From NCBI RefSeq assembly GCF_009914755.1, contig NC_060941.1: 64,000 nucleotides of DNA, one strand, 5' to 3'. This stretch comes from the human T2T-CHM13v2.0 reference genome, Homo sapiens. Under the pieces are notes generated by a model that made no database searches, was not told the origin of the DNA, and saw only the letters and a list, made by a program, of their open reading frames with translations. A program made the translations under genes and the position numbers. Position 1 is the first letter of the stretch. Every line of letters starts with the position of its first letter. This document shows, in pieces, positions 53,927 through 64,000 of this stretch.

Positions 53927-56900
53927 GGGTTGGGAGAAGCCTTAAGAGGGCGTCCTGAATGCCCTCCCCTCAACGTGAAGCGTCGATCCTGAAAATGGAA
54001 AGGTCTTCCCAGTCTGGAGTCGTTGCCGAGGAACTTGGGTCCTTAAAAAGTGTATTTTATCCCCAAGCCCAGAGCTTAAACCGGAGCCTTTGCTTCCAAC
54101 CTGTTCGGCACACTTTGGGGAGAGTCGAATGCAAAATCCGCTGTCTGGTGCCCCGGCACTGAAGAGGTGTTCTGAGGCCTACTGACTGGGGGACCCCCGG
54201 TCCCTCTCCCCGACCCGCAGCTGCGATCAGACCGACCTTCCGTGGAGGGGGTAAACCATAAACCCCTTTGTGGTCTCCGGAGTTCCGACAGCTGCCAGGC
54301 GCGGATAGGCCAGACCTCTCCCACCTGGGCTCAGCGTTTGTGGCAGGCGGGCCAGACCTGGGAACAGCTTTTAAAGACTGACTCCGCCCCTGTCCCTCCC
54401 ATAAGACTGCACCTCCTTAAGGGCGCCAACATCCTCAGCCCGTAGGTAAACCCAGGTGTCCTGTTTGTCCCAGCCCCCAACACCCTCAGGGTGCCACGCC
54501 CCCCGCCCCCCCCCACCCAAGACCTGATGTCAGGCCTTCCAGCCCGTTGCTGATTGCCTCCCCTCCCTGAAGCACAGGCAATTTAAAGCCAATTCTTTCC
54601 ACAATGGGATCAAACACAGGGGGATGAAGTGCCCTCAGGGCCCGAGTTGTGCTGAGAGGAGCTTGGGAGCATCCCGGACCACCACCCCAACCCCTTTCCT
54701 GGTGCCTGTTGCTCCTCAAATCCCAGAACTGCCCCTGGGGCAAGAAAGGCCGAGGAGGGAGACCATTTTTGTTTCCTGAGTCATTCCAGCAGGTGCTTGG
54801 GCCGTGATTCAACCCCTTTCCCAAGTGAGAAAACTTAAGCCCTCCCAACTCCAGTCCCTAAACCTATATTTCTCCACTGCTATTGAATTATGGCAAGTTT
54901 TAGCTTCAGTCGTCCAAGTCATGAGGGGGGAGCCAGGAAACCCAGGACAACTCCCCAAGTTAAGAGGTCTGTGATGCGCATGCCGGAGAAAAAGCCTGGA
55001 GCCAGAACAGAACACCACCAAGAAGGCCGGACCCCGGGCTCCAGAGGCTGCTGTGAGGGAACCCTGCTCCCCACTCTGCCCAACGGCCCAGCCCAAGCCC
55101 CAGGCCTCAGGTAATCGGATTAAGCAGCCTGCCTTGGCTCTCAGCTTCTACAGGAACAGCTCCAGCTCTGAGCAGCCCTGCCTAGCCTGTGCTGTGACTC
55201 AGGGTATAGGAGTGGCCCAACTCCCTCTACCAGCAAACTTGGGGGAGGGGAGAAGCAACAAGGCACAAGCCCCCCTCCTCTGAACCAGGAGGGAGAACCT
55301 GGGCCTGGGGAGTTTAGGAATGTCAGGAATTCCCAGAAGTAAGACCATCTTTGGGACAAGAGACAATGAAGAGAAGTCAGATGTGGAGGAACAGAAAACA
55401 AGAGCCAGGGGCCAGGGCAGGTCAGTCCTAGAGAAACAAATGGACCAAACTGGGGACAAAGAAGGCACAGGAGCCAGACAGCCATTTGGATTTTTTTATT
55501 CTCTTTTTAAATACTGTACAGTGAAAAATAAATACGCCTTCTCATCCACCAGACAAGGTTGGTCCCCTCCCCAGGGGGACCTTGTCACCCCCCTTCATAC
55601 ACACCCCTGGTTCTACTCCAAAACCTTCCCCGTGCCTCCCACCCACTTATCTCTTACTATCCCCGTCTTCCACAGTGATGAGGCCCCAGAAATGGGGGGT
55701 ACAGGATGGGAGGAGGGATAGCAGGGGAGGCCCCCTGAACGGTCAAATCTGGGTGGGTCGAGGAGCACCCCCCACCAACAGGTGGAGAATGGGGGTGTTC
55801 AGAGAGAGATTGGGGCATTAGAGGATAAAGGCACATCCAGTCTGATGGGGAAGGAGAGAGGCTCCCCTTACCCTGGGGGTAGGGTGGACAAGAGGGAGGG
55901 GGTATGACCCTGTTACACACCCCTCCACTAGCTCCTGGAGGTTGGGGGGTACCCAAGCTGCTGTGCCACCCCCCTCCCCCCTAGATAAGAGCAGCTCCAG
56001 CGCAGGTCAGTTGGGCCTGTGAGGGCCATGGTGTTGGGCAGCAAGCGAGATGGAGAAGGGAGGGGTGCAGGTTGGAGGTTTTATGAAACCCCATTCACCA
56101 TACTACCCAACTCCAAGGGGGCGGAGAGCTCCCCATTCTCCGAGGGGCCCTTAGGAAGCTTGCTGACAGAGTCACCCTGAGGGGAAAGTGGGAAAGAAAA
56201 CAGAAAAGCAAGAAGCGGTGAGTAGAAATTCAGGTGGGAGACATTCCCTACCATCCAAGCCCTCCTGGCATTTGGTGATCCAGAGGTTGGTTCCCTGATC
56301 TCATGATCCAGTCTCTCTTACTTGGGATCCAGAAAATGTGAACCACACTTTCTTCTCTATCCTATTCAAAGTTTACACTGGTCTAAACTCCATCAGACAC
56401 AGCTGCCTCTGCAATTCAGTAGGAGATTTGTGAAATTTTTTGTGCCCCCTGCCCCAGAGTAACAACAAAAAAGGGATGGGGTAAAGCACATCTTGCCTGC
56501 CTACCTTCTGTCCTGAAAGAGAGTCTTCTGAGGGTTTAGTGCGTTCCAGGGGTGGCCTCTGGCGGCTCTGAGACTCTGCTCGTGAGATATAGTCAGCCAC
56601 AGTCACTGGGGAAGGCAGGAGATTAAGACTTTCAGATGGAATTCTGGTAGCCAGCCTAAGACACCCACTGAACCCGAACCCCTGATTTTCACAGGGGTGA
56701 GCATCCCATTCTCTCAGCTCTGAGGAAGGATTCTGGTGTCCAGAGTTGGCTGACCTGGCTGGCGGTCTCCACTGATAGAGCCATCAGTCCGATTACCACG
56801 GTTACGGCGGCGGCGGCTGCGATTACGACGTTGAGGTCTTGATTCATCTTCTGTAGGGTAGGAAAAAACCAGAGTCACACATCCAACCTCCCACCCTCGA

Positions 56901-59052
56901 TTCCTACCCATCTCTAACTTTCCAGACCCCAGGCACACCCTCACCCAGGCCATTCTCTGTCATGTTGGGCCCATCTGATTCCAGGCCTCCATCCATGACG
57001 GTCCTGTCTTCATCAGTGCGGCGGCGGCGGGAGCGGCGGCGCCTGGCACTTGCTGGGGGGGGTTCCCCAGGTTCTGAATCAACCGGGGGCTCTGGTTCAG
57101 ACGTGTCCAATAGGCTGTAGGGATTACTGTCTGGATCCTTCAGCACTGGTCAGAGGAAGAAGAGGAGGAGTTGGCAGTCAGGTGCCCATCATCTTTCCTT
57201 TTGGCCCATATTCATGAACCCAGCTGTCTGGTACCTGAGCTAATAGATGAAGAATTGTATCTCGAAGTGGGCCGGGGGGCAGGTGGGGGTCCCCTACCCC
57301 GGCCCCCAGTCGGCCGCCTCCGGCTTTCTTCCCCTCGGGTTGGGGGATCCCTGTCGCCAGGCCCAGCTCGGTTGGGCTCCTCTCTCTTCTCTGACTCAGT
57401 CTCTGAAGCTGTAGACACATCTGAGCTGGGGCCTGAAGAACACAATGGGATTTATTCACGGCCATTCATCCCACCTCAGGATCCATCACATCCCCCAAAC
57501 TGGAAGAATTCTCCTTCTCACTCACAAGCCTCCCAGCCAATCAATCACTTTTTCATCATCTCCATTCCAGATTTCCCCAAACTTCCATCCAGACCTCTGC
57601 CTCTACCCACAAGCCCTGCCACTCCTTGCCTCCTGTTCCCATAACTGTCTCACCATAGGCAGGACCGCCTGTCCTCCGGCCACGGCCACGGCCCCCATAG
57701 CTGCCCCCATAGGTTCGAGTCGCATGGAGGGAGGAGGAGGAGCTCTCATCAGTGCTATATCCAGCCTTGTCGCTGCCACCGCTGCCCCGCCCACTCCCAG
57801 GAGGGCGAAAGCCCAGCCCAATCTGCCGAAGCTGCTCATCAATTTGTAGCCTCTCCAAGCGAAGCTGCTCTACCTCCTGGTTGGGTAAAAGATGGAAGAA
57901 GGGGAAGGAGAAATAAGATCAGTGCCTTGCTTCATGCTTCTGCACCCTGACTGTCCCTCTATATCTAACCTCTCAGGAATGCAGGGAGAAGGAAGACACT
58001 GGCTAAACAAGGAAAATTCTGGGACCCAACCCTATAGCCCCAAATTTCCACAGATGTTTTCTGTTCTACACGGAGAGACAAACAGAGAACCAAAATCCCT
58101 GAGCTGACCCCCACAGCAGTCTTAGTTCCCTTTTCACACCCAGCATTTTTCTCTCCCGGCCTGGGTACCTGCAGGTAGGAGAGGTGATACTCCAGCAAAG
58201 CCTGGGCATTGCTGATGTTCTCTCGGGTGCCAACAAAAATGAAGGGAACCATTCCCTAGAGAACAGAGAGCAGAAACGATGGATCAGAAAGGAAAATGAA
58301 ATGGAAGGATTAACGCCGCCCAGTCTCCTAGGGGAGCCTGCCCAGTGGGATCATTCTGGGCTCTAAATCTACTAGTGTTAAACAACTTTCCGTACTCCAC
58401 CCTCTCAAAGAACAATCCCAGCCCTCAGAGGACAATCCCATTTACTTCTGGAAACCAATCTCTATGCCCACTTGCCCCGTACCCATACCTCCTCCCTGGG
58501 GTTCTTCTTGTCATTATCACCTTCCACTCGAACCCTCACCACACCAGATTTATCCACAATCTCCTGGATCACTTTCCCGTTCTTTCCAATCACTTTGCCT
58601 GGAATAGGTAAATGAGGAATTCAGCCTTTTATTTTTTTTAAGGAAATAAGAATAAAGCTGATACACCGTCTTCCAGCCTCATTTTCTTTATATGGATTCC
58701 ATTTACTTCATTCTCCTGCTTCTAGGTTTCTGATGTGTTTTTACAGGACAAAATGTTACAATCCCTAGAAATTTATTCTTTCATTTTTATCACTCCCATT
58801 ACAGACTGTTTCTCTGTCCTTGTGAAACTGGGAGTCCACAGGGAGGTGCCAATCCTGGATAAAAGCTCAGAATCACTGTAGAGAATCTTGATTCTGACCT
58901 CTAACTGTATATACACACCACCAACTCACCAACCAGGTTCCTGGGCACTTGCACTGAGTCCTCAGAAAACTCAAGGTAGCTTCGGGCCTGTCGGCAAGCC
59001 TCGGGAGTCTAAAGGAAGAACAGCAGGGAGTTGTTACTAAAACAGAAGACCA

Positions 59053-64000
<4,948 letters not shown>

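Noticed and set aside
54878-54898. Possible SOX-OCT composite site upstream of SOX15
   Set aside because: Spacing and octamer half deviate too far from consensus to call.

Overview
Human-type (primate) genomic DNA; gene content and order match chr17p13.1. About 13 kb of Alu/LTR-dense intergenic DNA is followed by six genes on +: TNFSF12 (TWEAK), TNFSF13 (APRIL), SENP3, EIF4A1 (hosting SNORA48, SNORD10, SNORA67), CD68 and MPDU1. SOX15 and the last 10 coding exons of FXR2 lie on -. I traced all splice structures by hand, and they sum to the expected protein lengths. Most ORFs in the supplied track are Alu- or GC-derived noise. The most notable unexplained structure is an inverted duplication of about 0.6 kb between SENP3 intron 7 and FXR2 intron 7, about 29 kb apart. 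One 468-bp block has a single mismatch. The neighbouring block, beyond an AluY insertion, is only about 95% identical, which suggests gene conversion. Both host introns are phase 0, so recombination would invert four genes and give in-frame SENP3-FXR2 chimeras. Other observations: a perfect 214-bp Alu-Alu tandem duplication, a Y3 RNA retrocopy fused to an AluY, an ORF-rich antisense stretch between CD68 and MPDU1 ending at a bidirectional poly(A) signal, and a highly structured segment of EIF4A1 intron 3. Repeat subfamily names are from memory and approximate.
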